This document shows, piece by piece, positions 11,040 through 23,885 of a stretch of DNA of 64,000 nt. A program made the position numbers and the translations under genes. The notes under the pieces are model-generated. The model did not search any database, was not told the origin of the DNA, and saw only the letters and a list, made by a program, of their open reading frames with translations. The first letter of the stretch is position 1. Each line of letters begins with the position of its first letter. The stretch is from Octopus vulgaris (lineage: Eukaryota), in contig OX597817.1 in the NCBI GenBank assembly GCA_951406725.2, positions 114,266,001 through 114,330,000 on the forward strand, given 5' to 3'.

Positions 11040-11960
11040 GCTAACAAGCATATTTTGCTTTAAAGTTGTATCTCCTTGTAGACACAATTGTCAGTAATCA
11101 TACTGTTTCCATTTCTCTCAGCCAATATTTTTACATTAGCCTTTTTTCAAACTCTAGATAATGCATCATTGTGATGGAAGATATATTCCAGTTTCTTCAA
11201 AAGTCTGTCCCTGTGCCTTGTTGCATGTCAAGGCAAAAGCTAACTTGACAGGAAATTGTTTGCATGTACATGTGAATGGAAATTCCATTTCTTGAGATAC
11301 ATGTGATATTCTTGGAATTAGCTGAGTTGATCCTGCATAAGGACCAGAAACAACTACAGCCTCAATAACATGATCATATAAACTGACAATGATGTAGCTT
11401 GTGCAAGTGCAATGTCCATTAGTAGCATCTAACATTATGCAGCATTTTTTCTTCCATTTGACAATATGTGGTGTAAGTTTGTTGATGAACTCAATTGGGT
11501 ACAGAGTTTCATTCCCAACTGTATCTGAACTTATGTATATTTTTAGCTCACCAGGGACCCTGGTCAACAGAAAATCATTCACAAATTGTGCTGCTTCATC
11601 TGTTGGAGTAACAATAGTTCTATTTGCAAGCCACACAGGGTTTGTGAAGTTAGTTTTGAGGTCAGCATATACAAAATCGCATAGATCTGAAAGAGTACCA
11701 CTTTCAAGGCAAAGGTCATTGGGTAGTTTGATTTTGAATTCACCTAGACTTTGTTCAACAGAAATGTTACCATTTCCTACATCAAGAAAGTAATTAGCAA
11801 ACTCTCTTTCATCAGAATGACCTTCTGTAAGAAGTCTTAGATTGGTTGTCAACTCCACTGCTTCCACATGATCACAAAGAAAAGATCTCTTTAGTGTTGC
11901 ATCAACAATTTGTGATCTGACACCATTATTTTCAAGTAGAATATTCTCATCACAAGATAT
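11040..11960 (-). pseudogene. Helitron RepHel PIF1-family helicase C-terminal fragment
   Basis: ORF 11166-12035 has LTTNLRL, FANYFLDVGNG, RTIVTPT, YPIEFINKL, LIPRI and QFPVKLAFALTCNKAQGQT. N-terminal helicase motifs are missing. Confidence 0.9.
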
Positions 11961-12129
11961 CCTAACCAGTTGGTCATGTGTAGTGGAAACAGAATCATGT
12001 CTACATTTCCATGCATATTCAGACATTTGTTTCAATCACTTTGCCTTGGTTTCATCTGATTCAGCTGCCTGTCTTTCTTCAGCTGCCATTGTGCCTTTGC
12101 TGCTAAATTTTCTTTTTCAGTTGCATATT

Positions 12130-12626
12130 ATAAGTGAAAGTTCGATAAAAACTATCTTGTTTAGCATGCTAGAAATAGCAGTGATCACGTAGTTATTATT
12201 CTAAGTGTTCCAAGCAGCCATACCAACAAAATCACTTCTTCATTTAAAAAAAAATATATTAAAGAATTTTCATTTATCAAAAATATTCATTTAACGAACT
12301 CCAGAAACTGATAATATTCTTGAAATTGTTCTCGTATTGAAGTTATACAGCTATTTTGTGTAAACATGACATGAAAAAATCGTATAAGTGAAAGCTCGTT
12401 AAAAACTATCTTGTTTAGTGTGCTAGAGATAGCAGCGATCCCATAGTTATTATTGTAAGGCTTATAGCATTCTAAGCAGCCATACCAGCAAAATCACTTC
12501 ATTTAAAAAATGAAATTATACCGGTATATTAAGAATTTTCATTTTATCAAAACTATTTATTTAACAAACTCCAGAAACTGATAATGTTCTTGGAATTGTA
12601 CCTCATATCAAAGTTATACAGCTATT
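12130..12626. repeat. Diverged tandem duplication (about 253-bp unit) in the Helitron flank
   Basis: 'tataagtgaaag..aaaactatcttgtttag..aagttatacagctatt' at about 12130 and 12383. Confidence 0.8.
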
Positions 12627-12957
12627 ATTAAATTAATGAAAATAGAGGTGAGCGAGAATGAGAGATTGTTTTCCAAATAAAAACATAAAATGTTTCAACG
12701 AATTAATATTGTTTATCATTAAACATTAAAAATCTGCTCTGCAGTGAATGCAATGAATACTTAAATTTGCGAGAATTTGGAATTAAAAAATTCAAGAAAT
12801 TTCAGAAATTGAAATTATAGGAAATTTCTAAGAACATGAATTTATAAAAATATTTCCAGATGGTCAAGCTTTTAATATTGCTTTCTTTTAGTACTTTTAG
12901 TAATTGTTACATACCTAATTAATAAGCGGTTTTCTCCATTATAGTATAGAAACACAT

Positions 12958-13370
12958 ACAAGTGTTCGGCCTCAGGGAGGCAAAGTAGCTGAATTCCATT
13001 CAAGTGTTGGGCCTCAGGGAGGCAAAGTGGCTGAGTTCCTTTCAAGTGTTGGACCTCACAAAGGCAATGGCTGAGATATTTGGCATTATGTCATGTTTGA
13101 GAAGAAGACCCATCAAAACAAGCAAAAAGGCACTTGTGGCAGATACTGGTGTCATGCAAATGGCACCTATGCTGGTGGCATGTAAAAGCACCCATCACAC
13201 TCTCAGAGCGGTTGGTGTTAAGAATGGCATCCAGCCATAGAAAACCATGCCAAATCAGACTGGAGTCTGGTGCAGCCTTCCAGCTTACCAGCCCTAGTTA
13301 AACCATCCAACCCATGCCGGCACAGACGACAGACATTAAATGATGATGATGATGATGATGATAATGATGA
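12958..13370 (+). mobile_element. SINE family A with 5' subrepeats of about 42 bp
   Basis: caagtgtt(c/g)ggcctcagggaggcaaag x2-3, with the family A tail and (GAT)n. Confidence 0.8.
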
Positions 13371-13372
13371 TA

Positions 13373-13586
13373 CAGGAGTGGATTGCTGAAAAGTTCTTGG
13401 TTCTAAGGGTATTGAAGAAGGCCTAGCTGAAGACCCAACCTTCTATTACAGGACTTTAGACAAACTGAAGGAACACTGTAATAAGTGTGTGAATCCGAGA
13501 GGGGAATATGTTGAATAAAATCATAATTAACTGATCCTCCTGTATTTTCTCTTACCCAAAGCCGGGAACTTTTCAGCATCCCCTCA
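13373..13586 (+). mobile_element. Mariner-derived MITE
   Basis: TIRs gattgctgaaaagttc / gaacttttcagcatc, and a transposase C-terminal remnant NKCVNPRGEYVE*. Confidence 0.75.
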
Positions 13587-14673
13587 TGTGTGTGCTTGTA
13601 TATATATATATATGTGTGTCTGTGTGTGTGTGTGTGTGTGTATTCATTCTTAACATATAAAGGCAGACTTGAACTTGAACATGGCTTATTGTTGATAGCT
13701 TTCATCTTTGGAAAACAATTTCTCCATATAGATGAAATGTATAAATAACATTCTCACTTCATTGATGTCAGTGGGTTATCAGAATCTGTACGGTTGTGCC
13801 ACTCAATGAGAGATACTGCCCAGATCTCCCGGGCTAGATGAGAACAACTATTCCTGTCTATAGAAATTAGCAGATGAGACTTTTTCCTGATGCATGATAG
13901 GACCTATCAAGCTGATATTAAATTATTATGAGTTTGAAAAACAACAAGAATCAAAACAGTGATTAGTATCACCCATTCTTAATGCATTCCAGCTGGTGTG
14001 AATGTGAATATGGCTTCTTAGTGTTGGATTTCATCTTTGGATATAATTTCTTTATATGATATATATGCGTGCATGCATGTATGTGGACAGGTCAATAGGT
14101 AAGTATACATGTGTATGTCTGTGTGTAGTGCAATTTAAAACTTAAATTGCATGACAGATAACCAATAGTTAGAACTCGATGTGTATTCCCATTTGTGTTA
14201 TTGTACTTGTATCATTTGGTATGACCCCAACGTTTGGGTATATCACAGTGTACATGTAGAATAAAGAAAAACAAAGCATAAACTATTGCTTATAAGATAT
14301 TCAGTTACACTATCTTATGTAGATTTCATTAACAAATAATGATTATTAGTTTCATATTAGTTTATTAGTTTCATATGGTCAAGTACATAACCAAAATGTG
14401 TTGTCAAATCTTCAATGACAAGTAGCTTTTATATGTAATACAAATGGATTATTGAATTCTTGACAGAAGTAATGATCATAGGAATAGTGAATATCTGTTT
14501 GGTAGCCACCATGATGGTTACTTCTGTCAATAATCCAGTAATGTTATATATAAAGGTTACATGTCTCTGAAGTCTTGAATGCATTTTGATTATGTGTTAT
14601 ACTATTCACTTACTAATTATGAAATATGCGAAGGTAATGTAACTAAATATCTTCTAAACAATTTCTCATGTTT

Positions 14674-14710
<37 letters not shown>

Positions 14711-14749
14711 TGAGAAAGTTGGTTTGTGAAAGCACGTGGTTGAATATAT

Positions 14750-15384
14750 AGAAAATAGTAAAAAGTGAAAAAACTACAGAAGGCTTGTTTTAAAAGGTTA
14801 AAAAATATATATTTGAGTCAATATGTCTGAAGAATATTATAAATTTTTTTCCTTACAATGACATAGTTTAGAAGAAATGACCGGTTTCGCGTTTAGCTTT
14901 TCAAATTTCTTACATCGTTATGTTTATGTTTATGTTGAGAAGAGTTATCGTTATGTTTATGTTGAAAAGAGTTCTAGATAAGGGGAGGTAATAAGTGATT
15001 TCTTCCGGTGTAAGGGAGATAATCGCTTAAAATTTTTTGCCTTTCCTTTGGGGTGAATTTCTCTGTATAAGTATGTTGGAATGGTTAAGTCTGGGCTTGT
15101 ACTTTTCAATGAAGAATGTTTCCTTGTTTAGTCTAATTTGTGTTGGTGTTCCGATAGCACATTGGTAAAATGGAAAGATTAAAAATTGTGGTAGTAGTTG
15201 CTTTGCGCAAAACATAACGATGTAAGAAATCTGAAAAGCTAAACGCGAAACCGGTCATTTCTTCTAAGCTATGTCATTGTAAGAAAAAAATTTATAATAT
15301 TCTTCAGACATATTGACTCAAATATATATTTTTTAACCTTTTAAAACAAGCCTTCTGTAGTTTTTTCACTTTTTACTATTTTCT
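14750..15384 (-). mobile_element. Penelope-like element 3' end: GIY-YIG C-terminus with inverted pLTR pair
   Basis: Arms 14750-14924 and 15210-15384 are reverse complements. Between them the minus ORF reads FLIFPFYQ..IRLNKETFFIEKYKPRLN (R..KE..FI....P.LN motif). Each arm has a hammerhead motif. Confidence 0.85.
14873..14910 (-). ncRNA. Minimal hammerhead motif (U3-A8) in Penelope pLTR; mirror copy at 15225-15262 (+)
   Basis: AGAAAU UUGAAAA GC uaaac GC GAAA CCGG UC AUUUCU. Confidence 0.7.
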
Positions 15385-15466
15385 CTCTCTATATATATAT
15401 ATACACACACACACACAGACAAATATATGTATATATATAGACACACACAAATATATATATATATAC

Positions 15467-15670
15467 CACCTGACTAGCCCTCATGCCGGTGGCACATAAA
15501 AGCATCCACTGCACTCTCGGAGTGGTTGGCGTTAGAAAGGGCATCCAGCTGTAGAAACTCTGCCAGATGAAGATTGGAGCCTGGTGCAGCCATCTGGTTT
15601 GCCAGTCCTCAGTCAAATCGTATAAGCCATGCTCGCATGGAAAGCGGACGTTAAACGATGATGATAATGA
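15467..15670 (+). mobile_element. SINE family A
   Basis: Family A body and gcatggaaagcggacgttaaacgatgatg tail. Confidence 0.85.
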
Positions 15671-15709
15671 TATGCACACACACACACACACACACACAAA
15701 TATATATAT

Positions 15710-16227
15710 ATTACATGGAAAAATACGAGCATGAAAAGTCATATTCTTAAGATTATAAACATGTAAAAGTACAGGACAAGTTATTACACCTGTAAAAGTA
15801 TAGGACAAGCTATTACTTCTAGTAAAGTAAAGAATAAGAAACTTTTTACTTAACATATTGCAGCAAAGTATGCCAGTTCTTCTAATTTATCACTCTTTAC
15901 AGTTCTCATCTTTTAAACTTATTGTACAAAACTTTTCAGCTAATTTGTAAGTTTGTCTAATTAGTCACATTTTCTGTATTTAAGGTAGTAAATTAGCCAA
16001 ATTCTACTTAAATATGTATAGTGTTATTTGTAAACTATAATTAAATAAGTTTTAATATTCAAATTTTTATTTTAGCTGCAATATTTTAAGTAAAAAGTTT
16101 CTTATTCTTTACTAGAAGTAATAGCTTGTCCTATACTTTTACAGGTGTAATAAATTGTCGTCCTGTTCTTTTCCAGGTTTATAATCTTAAGAATATTACT
16201 TTTCATGCTCGCATTTTTCCATGTAAT
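15710..16227. mobile_element. Foldback element or MITE with inverted arms of about 155 bp
   Basis: 15710-15864 is the reverse complement of 16075-16227, with a 210-bp spacer. Confidence 0.8.
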
Positions 16228-17099
16228 CCATGATTTTTCCAGGCATCGCTGTAATAAGATAATTAATAATGTGTCAATTAATAATTTAAGATTTTACCTT
16301 ATAAAATACTGAAAGATAATATTTCAATTTTTCCATGTAAGTGATGATAATATATCAATTTTTTTCATGTTTAATTTAGATATATGTTGTGATTGAATTA
16401 TTTGATATTACCCATCCACACCAAATTAATGGCAAGAATTTTTACCGTGTTGTTGATTGCACCATGGCTCACCTAAAGTTACAAACAACAAGACCCCAAA
16501 ACCATCAGTTACCAGACTCACCTTAAGTAATCTAATTTTGCAATATTAGGAGGTCAAAGGAATTCATTCAAAGAAAAAAAATTTCCAATGATTCCAGGAT
16601 TGGGGTGGGAATCCCCCACCTCATTTTTTCCAAACCAAAATAAGGGATTTGCAGCATATTAGGTCAGGGTACTTGATTCCATGCAAAAAATCAAATTTTT
16701 TGTTTTTTTTTCTGATAGTGAAAATCTTGTGGGTGTTAATATAGAAATTTACCATAATGTTGTTGTTATTTAGCCTCAAATCAACCCAGATACTGCAAAC
16801 CGATCATCAAAGACATTGCAGCCTTCAGCAAACTGTCTTTTTAGTGATAATCTAGGACATTACATACACTGGGAGTGTGATTTAGGTAGGGAGAAACTTT
16901 GGCTGCTATTTTTAGCATGTCGAGCGACCAAATAGAGGCACTTTCATTGGTTCGATTGTGTGATGAGATTTCTTTTGCACATTTAGGTAATATGTATATA
17001 TATCATCGGCAGAAGTTAGAGAATAAGTCAAAAGCTGAGAGTTTCATGTATTGGCACTTATCAAATACGAATTTGTCCATTGTCACTTCTAATGAAATA

Positions 17100-17522
17100 A
17101 CTTCAAAAATACAAAATTTTGTCAAAAACGTTAAGAGTAAACTCTGTTCTATGTGACACATTCTGTCAGTATCAGAAGTTTAAAAGTGTTTAGTTAAAAA
17201 AAAAATGAATTAAATAATCTGTACATCTAGTCGAATAGATCCGAAATGGATGAAAGGTAAAGTCGACCTCAGTGGAATTTGAACTCAGATCGTAGAGACA
17301 GACGAAATACAGCTTCAAAAATACAAAATTTTGTCAAAAACGTTAAGAGTAAAACCTGTTCTATGTGACACATTCTACCAGTATTGGAAGTTTGAAAGTG
17401 TTTAGATAAAAAGAATTAATTAAATAATCTGTACGTCAAAGTCGACCTCGGTGAAATTTGAACTCAAAACGTAAAGACAGCATTTCACCTGGTGTGCTCA
17501 TGTTTCTGCCAGCTCACTGCCT
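17100..17522. repeat. Tandem duplication of about 212 bp containing SINE family B pieces
   Basis: 'cttcaaaaatacaaaattttgtcaaaaacgttaagag' at 17101 and 17313, each followed by 'aaagtcgacctc'. Confidence 0.8.
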
Positions 17523-18172
17523 TACAATGTAAACATTCATTTTAGAAATATATTCTTTATTCTTATTGCTTAAGCTTTACTCCCTTACTTACTGACATAA
17601 AACTTCATAACATTTTACTTCATAACTCTTTTTCTACTAATTTTTGTTCAATGTGAATAGTGATTCTGATTTCCTCATGCATTTTTCTATCATTTAAGCT
17701 TAAGAAAAGTATACTTTTCATTTAAAACTAAAAAATTTATGTTAATTGAAGATGAATATCTGCCTTACAACCCCCCCCACCCCACCCCTTGAAGTTGCAG
17801 ATATTTTGATGTAACTTTTTTTTCTACTGAACCAAATCTCAAACTATTTATTCCAAAGTGTAGCTGAGGATGTGTCCTCTTTAAAACTGTTAACAGTTTG
17901 CAGTTTAGTTGAGAACTGAATTAGTGGTGAAGCTTGGAAGCTGCTGCAATTGACGAAATGGTGGACTTAAGAATATATTCAACCATTACCAAGGTTGAAT
18001 GATATATATACATTAAGTAAGATATAAATTTGAGGTTATTCAACCATCTAAGGGATAGATGTATCCATAGGCATTCCCGGTGTATTACCTTTAGTATGTA
18101 TAGTCCTCATTATAAGGTAACCGGTAGTAGGTAATTTAAATGCAAAACTGTGGTTTAATATATATAGAGACG

Positions 18173-18201
<29 letters not shown>

Positions 18202-18205
<4 letters not shown>

Positions 18206-18512
18206 AAAAAGCATCATTCAAACATGGCCAATGCCAGTGCCACCTGACTGGCACCCATGCTGATAGCATGTAAAAAGCACCATTCGAGTGTGGTCAATGC
18301 CAGTCCACCTAACTGACTCCTGTGCTGGTGGCATGTAAAAAGTACCCACTACACTCTCAGAGTGGTAAGTGTTAGGAAGGGCATCCAGCTGGAGAAACCT
18401 TGCTAAATCAGATCAGAGCCCAGTGCAGCCTCCCAGCTTGCCAATCCTCAGTCGAACCGTCCAACACATGCCAGCATGGAAAGCAGATGTTAAATGACGA
18501 TGTTGATGATGA
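18202..18512 (+). mobile_element. SINE family A with an extra internal subrepeat
   Basis: Family A body and tail. Confidence 0.8.
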
Positions 18513-18670
18513 TCACCATGAAGAGGGTTCCGCAAGACTAATTTGGATGCTTCCAGTTGAGAGTGATGCATGCATTTACCAGATAGTTGCAGCTGTCTTT
18601 GCCTGATCTTCTTGCTAACTTTCAGCAGGTCTCCGTAAAGGTGTTCATTAGCCATGTGTTGCTGCCATTT
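18513..18670 (-). mobile_element. RTE-like LINE C-terminal fragment
   Basis: NEHLYGDLLKVSKKIRQRQLQLSGKCMHH..ASKLVL..P.HG resembles the post-RT region of RTE-type LINEs. Confidence 0.65.
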
Positions 18671-19359
18671 CTCATTTAGGAAGATACAAGCTTGGACAGC
18701 CTGTCACAAACTGAATACAATCTGGAACTCCTAATTGCCCAGGCAAATCAAAATGAAGCTATTCATTGCCACTTTCGAATCAATGATATTATATGGCAGT
18801 GTAACATGGACACTGACAAAGAAATTATCAAATGGGCTAAATGGATGCTATACAAGGATGCTATGAACTGCCCTAAATGTGAAATCAAATAAATGCAAAA
18901 CTTGTACAAGGGGTCATGTTGATTGACAAGATATTCTATCATGAACTCTTGTGGTTTTGTAAGAATGTAAAAGTTTAGTTCTGAGTTCAAATCCCACTGA
19001 GGTTAGTCAGCTTTGCCTTCTGTACTTTTAGAGGTTTGAGAATTTACCAATCAAGTACTTCCCTTTGAATTTGAAGCCTTGTACCTATGTATAAAATCAA
19101 AATTTATATTGATTATGATGTAGCTACTGCTGATGATGATGATGGTATGCATGTGTGTGTGTGTGTGTGTGTGCACTTATATTTTGGTGTATGTAATTAT
19201 TACTTTAAAAAGTACATTTTCAGTTTTTTTGGGGGTCATTTTAAGTATTCCTAAAATATTTTCTTTGATATTTTGCTAAAGCAAAAAGCAAAAAAAAAAA
19301 AAAAGAAAATTATTTTTTCTCTCATGCCATTTCTATTAAAATTAGTGTATGCATTTAAA

Positions 19360-20755
19360 TTTCCTCAACCATCCCAGCCACCTGTAGCCACAACATCAGC
19401 ACCACCACCTTGCCCCACCTCAACCCTGCACCCACCAGCACCACAATCCATTATCACATTAGTCCAATGCTCACCACTAACAGCAGCAGCATCACCACCA
19501 TTATCAGTACCACTACCATCACCATCACTATCACAGCCATCACCCCCGCCATCGTCACCACCCCTACTGCCACCTCCACCACAACCACCACCACCATCAC
19601 CGCTACCTCCACTGCAGCCATCACCAACACCTCCGCTATCACCATCACCACCATCATAATCACCATCACTACCACTGCTATCATCACCACGACCACCACC
19701 ACTGCCACCACTACCATCGCTACCACTACCACCACCACCACCATCACCCCACCACTACTATTTCCACCACCACCACCAGCATCAATAACAACAACTCTAG
19801 CCCATATTACTCCATCTCACCCTCATCCGCATCCCCTATTTACTTTTCTTGCTTATACAACCACAAATTCCTCTCCAACCCTTCCTTATCAAACCCTTCT
19901 CCTCCACGGCCCCCATTCTGCACATGGTCAGAATTTATGCTGCACAATCTCTCCTACTCTCTGACTCTGCACACCACTGACTTTGTTGTAAGGTTTCTTT
20001 TGTACGAGATTCAATTTTAAAGCTTCTTTCGAACAGATTTCTTATTTTTTCCTTCTCCATTTATATATATTTTATATTATATATATTCAATGGAATTAAA
20101 AATTTTTAAAACTATCTTTTTAGCATACACCACCACAACCACCATCCCACCACCATCAACAATAGCACCACCACCACCACAACAACCATCACTACCACCA
20201 CCACCACCACCACCACAACTGCCATCACCACCACCACTACCATCACCACCACCAAAACCATCACCATCATCACCACTGCAGCTGCCATCACCACACCTCC
20301 GCTGCCACCACCACCACCATTACCATCACCACCATCATCACTACCATCACCGCCATCGTACCTCCCCCCCATCACTACCACTACCACTGCTGCAGCCATT
20401 ACCATTGCTGCTGCCACCACAAATACCATTGCCATTACTTCCAGCGCTGTTGCCACTGCCACCACTGCCAGCATCACCTCTGCTGCAAACACTACCATCA
20501 CCACTACTACTGCCAATACCAGCACCTCCACCACCAGCACCATGATCAGCACCGTCACCAGCACCGTCACCAACACCATCACCACCATTACTATCCCACA
20601 GCAAAAGAAAAAAGAATGAAACCCAATCATCCAACTGGTTGACCAGCCAACCGACCAACCAACCATCCGACCATCCAACCAACCTACCAACGAATCAACC
20701 AGCCATTCTATCAACCAATCTTATCAACCAGCCAACCAACCAACCAACAAAATCA
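19360..20755. repeat. Degenerate (CCA)n/(CAC)n tracts and (CCAA)n
   Basis: Directly visible low-complexity sequence. Confidence 0.9.
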
Positions 20756-21174
20756 AGATCTAAATAACCAAATATAGTTTCAATTGCTTTATTCCCCACC
20801 ACCCCAGTTTCAATTATTTTCATTTTTTCCTGGTGGTGCTCTCTGTTTTCCTTATCATTATTGTTGTTGTTGTTATTCTTGGCATTATCGCATTGCCTGA
20901 TATTTTCCAATAATGTCTTACAAATTTCTCTTTCCCTCTCCCTTTCTTTTACCTTTATTATTCCTCCTTATTGGAAATGGAAATTTTTATAATTTTCAAT
21001 TATATATATATTTTCAAATTTTTTTTGTTTTCAATTTTAAAATTTTTACATGCATGCGTATATACATACATACATATTATATATATACATATATACACAT
21101 ACATATACATACATATGTATATATATACACACACATGCAACCACATAGACAAACATACATCTATGCATACATCC

Positions 21175-21219
<45 letters not shown>

Positions 21220-21501
21220 TATATACATGCATATATATATACGCAAACATACATACATACATACATACAAACACATACACACATATATATATAACAAATT
21301 ATTATTGTTACAATGATTGGGTTTATTTAAGACAGTTTTCTTATTTTATTTGGTTCCAGAGAACTTACCATCTTCATTCATCACTGTATTCTTTATTTAC
21401 AAAAAAACCAAATGAAAAATTTCCTTTCTGGCAAGTTGATGTGACAAGGAATGGTTTGAAAGAGAAAGGTGCAATGTTTGAATGACCAAATAGCACGTGT
21501 A

Positions 21502-21538
<37 letters not shown>

Positions 21539-21859
21539 GCGTGTGTGTGTATGTGTGTATGTGTGTGTGTGTGTTTCAATGCTAGGTCTGGAGGTATGGG
21601 CAGCATTTATGGCCTTAATAAACCCTCCTTACCTGGTGAATGGGGGGACGCCTTTAATGCTCCTCTTGAACTTTTGTAAGTTAATGCCTGTGAGAAAGGT
21701 ATGAACAAGGATACAATTCTAGAGAGTCAAAATACTATATGTGTGTGTGTTTACATTTGGGTTTGTGCTTATATGCATTTGTGAATGTAAAGAATGCATG
21801 TGTGGCATGCTTAAGAAGATCATTTCAATCTCTCACTTCACAGTATATATATATATTTT

Positions 21860-22015
21860 TGGATATAAGAATCTTTTGAATTTTTTGTGTAACCATCTCC
21901 GATGAAGGGATATTATTAAGTAATTTCCTAGAAACAGCTGTAAGACCTTCTAGCTATAAATGCTCTAATATCTACACAGCCTTGGTTTTTTATCTTATTA
22001 CGCAAAAAATCCTTA
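21860..22015 (+). mobile_element. Penelope-like pLTR fragment with variant hammerhead motif (21896-21945)
   Basis: UCU CCGAUGA AGGGA..UUCCUa GAAA CAGCUG UA AGA; same family as 24990-25105. Confidence 0.55.
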
Positions 22016-22309
22016 TATACACATGCTGACATAGAACCAACGTTGAACCCTTTATTCGCAATATTACCGAATCTGGAACTTAACTATGGTCTGTCTATAG
22101 CACTTATTCAGCATTACCTGACACCTTTGGATCTCAATGACACCATTATCTCTTATAACCTCAACTTCTCGCTTATATACTTGTATATATATATGCATAT
22201 ATATATATGTATACATATATATATATATCAAAACATAGGGATAAGAGAGCAGACTTCCTTATCGAATTTCAACACACTTAAGCCTGGCGTCAAAATACAA
22301 ATACATATG

Positions 22310-22355
<46 letters not shown>

Positions 22356-22379
22356 TATATAAAGAGATGGGAGGAAGAT

Positions 22380-22565
22380 AGAAACTATCTGTCTCCTAAT
22401 GTGTTAAAAAAGAAGTGTTTTCATAAAACATCTTTATATTTTCTTGATTCAAAATTTGGCTGCATTTGTCTTGCCTGAATACAGCCAAATTTTGAATAAA
22501 GGAAATATATAGATGTTTTATGAAAACATCTGTTTTTCAACACATTAGGAGACAGATAGTTTCTA
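22380..22565. repeat. Imperfect palindrome or foldback MITE (arms about 83 bp, 19-nt loop)
   Basis: agaaactatctgtctcctaatgtgtt..aaaatttggctg / cagccaaattttg..aacacattaggagacagatagtttct. Confidence 0.85.
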
Positions 22566-22598
22566 GCCTCTGCCCTTTTCTTGATCTCTTTATCTCTT

Positions 22599-22631
<33 letters not shown>

Positions 22632-22941
22632 TTGTCACTTGTGGCACATGATTGTCACTACATAAACCTGATGATTGCATAATGCATGAAAGTACTAGTT
22701 TATTTCAATATTGTAAAATTGTAAATAATAAAACGTGAAAATCAGACTAAGTTGGAATTTCATTGATTAATATATTGTTCTATACACAACCATACAAACT
22801 CAGATATATGCCTGTAAATACATACACATATATATATATATATATATATTAGGATTATTTTGTTACTGGAAATAAATCTATCAAAAACAATAGTGTCTAT
22901 TTACCTTTTGAGATATATAATATTTATGTGTGTGTGTATGT

Positions 22942-23452
22942 GTCTCTAATCAAGAAGTCCTAGCCATAACAGAGCCTGTGGGCATCAAGGCACTTCTGCT
23001 CAAAAGTCAGTTATGTTGGACTAGCCATGTCATCAGAATGAATGACTACTGCATCACCAGACAGCTGATGTACGATGAGCTGAAGGAATGCACAAAGCAG
23101 CAAGGAAGACCCAAGTTGAGGTATAAGGATACCCTAAAGGGCAACCTAAACTGGTATGGCATCCAGCCTTGCAAACTCAAGACTGCGGCTACCAATAGGG
23201 CTGTTTGGAGGCCAGTCACCTACACAGCTGTAGCTGCCTTTGAGGAGGATAGACAGCAGTGCCTCACAGCCACAAGGGACAGACGTCACTGGACTGCATT
23301 AATCTCAGTCCTGATCACAGACTACCAGTATCCAACCTGCAGGTGCCTTTGTGCTTCTGGCTTTGGGTTGTGGAGCCACATGCATTCCCACTACTGACTG
23401 CCGAGACCACTGACTACGTCTTCATTGGCGACCGATGAACTATCAAGAAGAA
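22942..23452 (+). mobile_element. RTE-clade LINE 3' end with a degenerate C2H2 finger
   Basis: VSNQEVL..QLCWTSHVIRM..RQLMYDEL..GRPKLRYKDTLK..NRAVWR..C.C.S.FGLWSHMHSH*, followed by a short 3'UTR and aagaagaag tail. Confidence 0.85.
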
Positions 23453-23499
23453 GTGTATGTATGTATGTATTTGTGTGTGAATTCTTTGTTTTGTTTTCC

Positions 23500-23749
23500 T
23501 TTTTTACTTGTTTCAGTAATTAGACTGTGGCCATGCTGGGGCACTGCCTTGAAGAATTTTTAGTTGAATGCATTGAACCCAGTACTTTTTTCTTCTAAGC
23601 CTGGTACTTATATTGGTGTCTTTTACCAAACCACTAAGTTACATGGATGTAAACACACTAGCATCGGTTGTCAAGTGATGTGTGTGCATGTGTGGGACAA
23701 ACAGACACAATGATTCACATATACACATGTACACACACACACACACACA

Positions 23750-23780
<31 letters not shown>

Positions 23781-23885
23781 CAACAGGCTTCTTTCAGTTC
23801 CTGCCTACCAAATCTACTCACACAGCTTTCATAGAAGACACTTGCCCAAGGTACCACACAGTAGGACTGAACACAGAACCATGTA
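23500..23885 (-). mobile_element. SINE family C (tRNA head plus CORE-like domain), degenerate
   Basis: Reverse of the 53629 element: agaagacacttgcccaagg and tttacttgtttcagt tail. Confidence 0.75.

Noticed and set aside
18692-18892. Merlin/ISXO2-like transposase N-terminus (CPKC)
   Set aside because: A single CxxC motif is insufficient evidence
19273-20714. Pro-rich, Thr-rich or His-rich ORFs (extensin- or mucin-like)
   Set aside because: Translations of degenerate (CCA)n microsatellite, open in several frames on both strands
20913-21704. YIYI, HTHT and CVCV ORFs here and throughout the window
   Set aside because: Dinucleotide microsatellite artefacts
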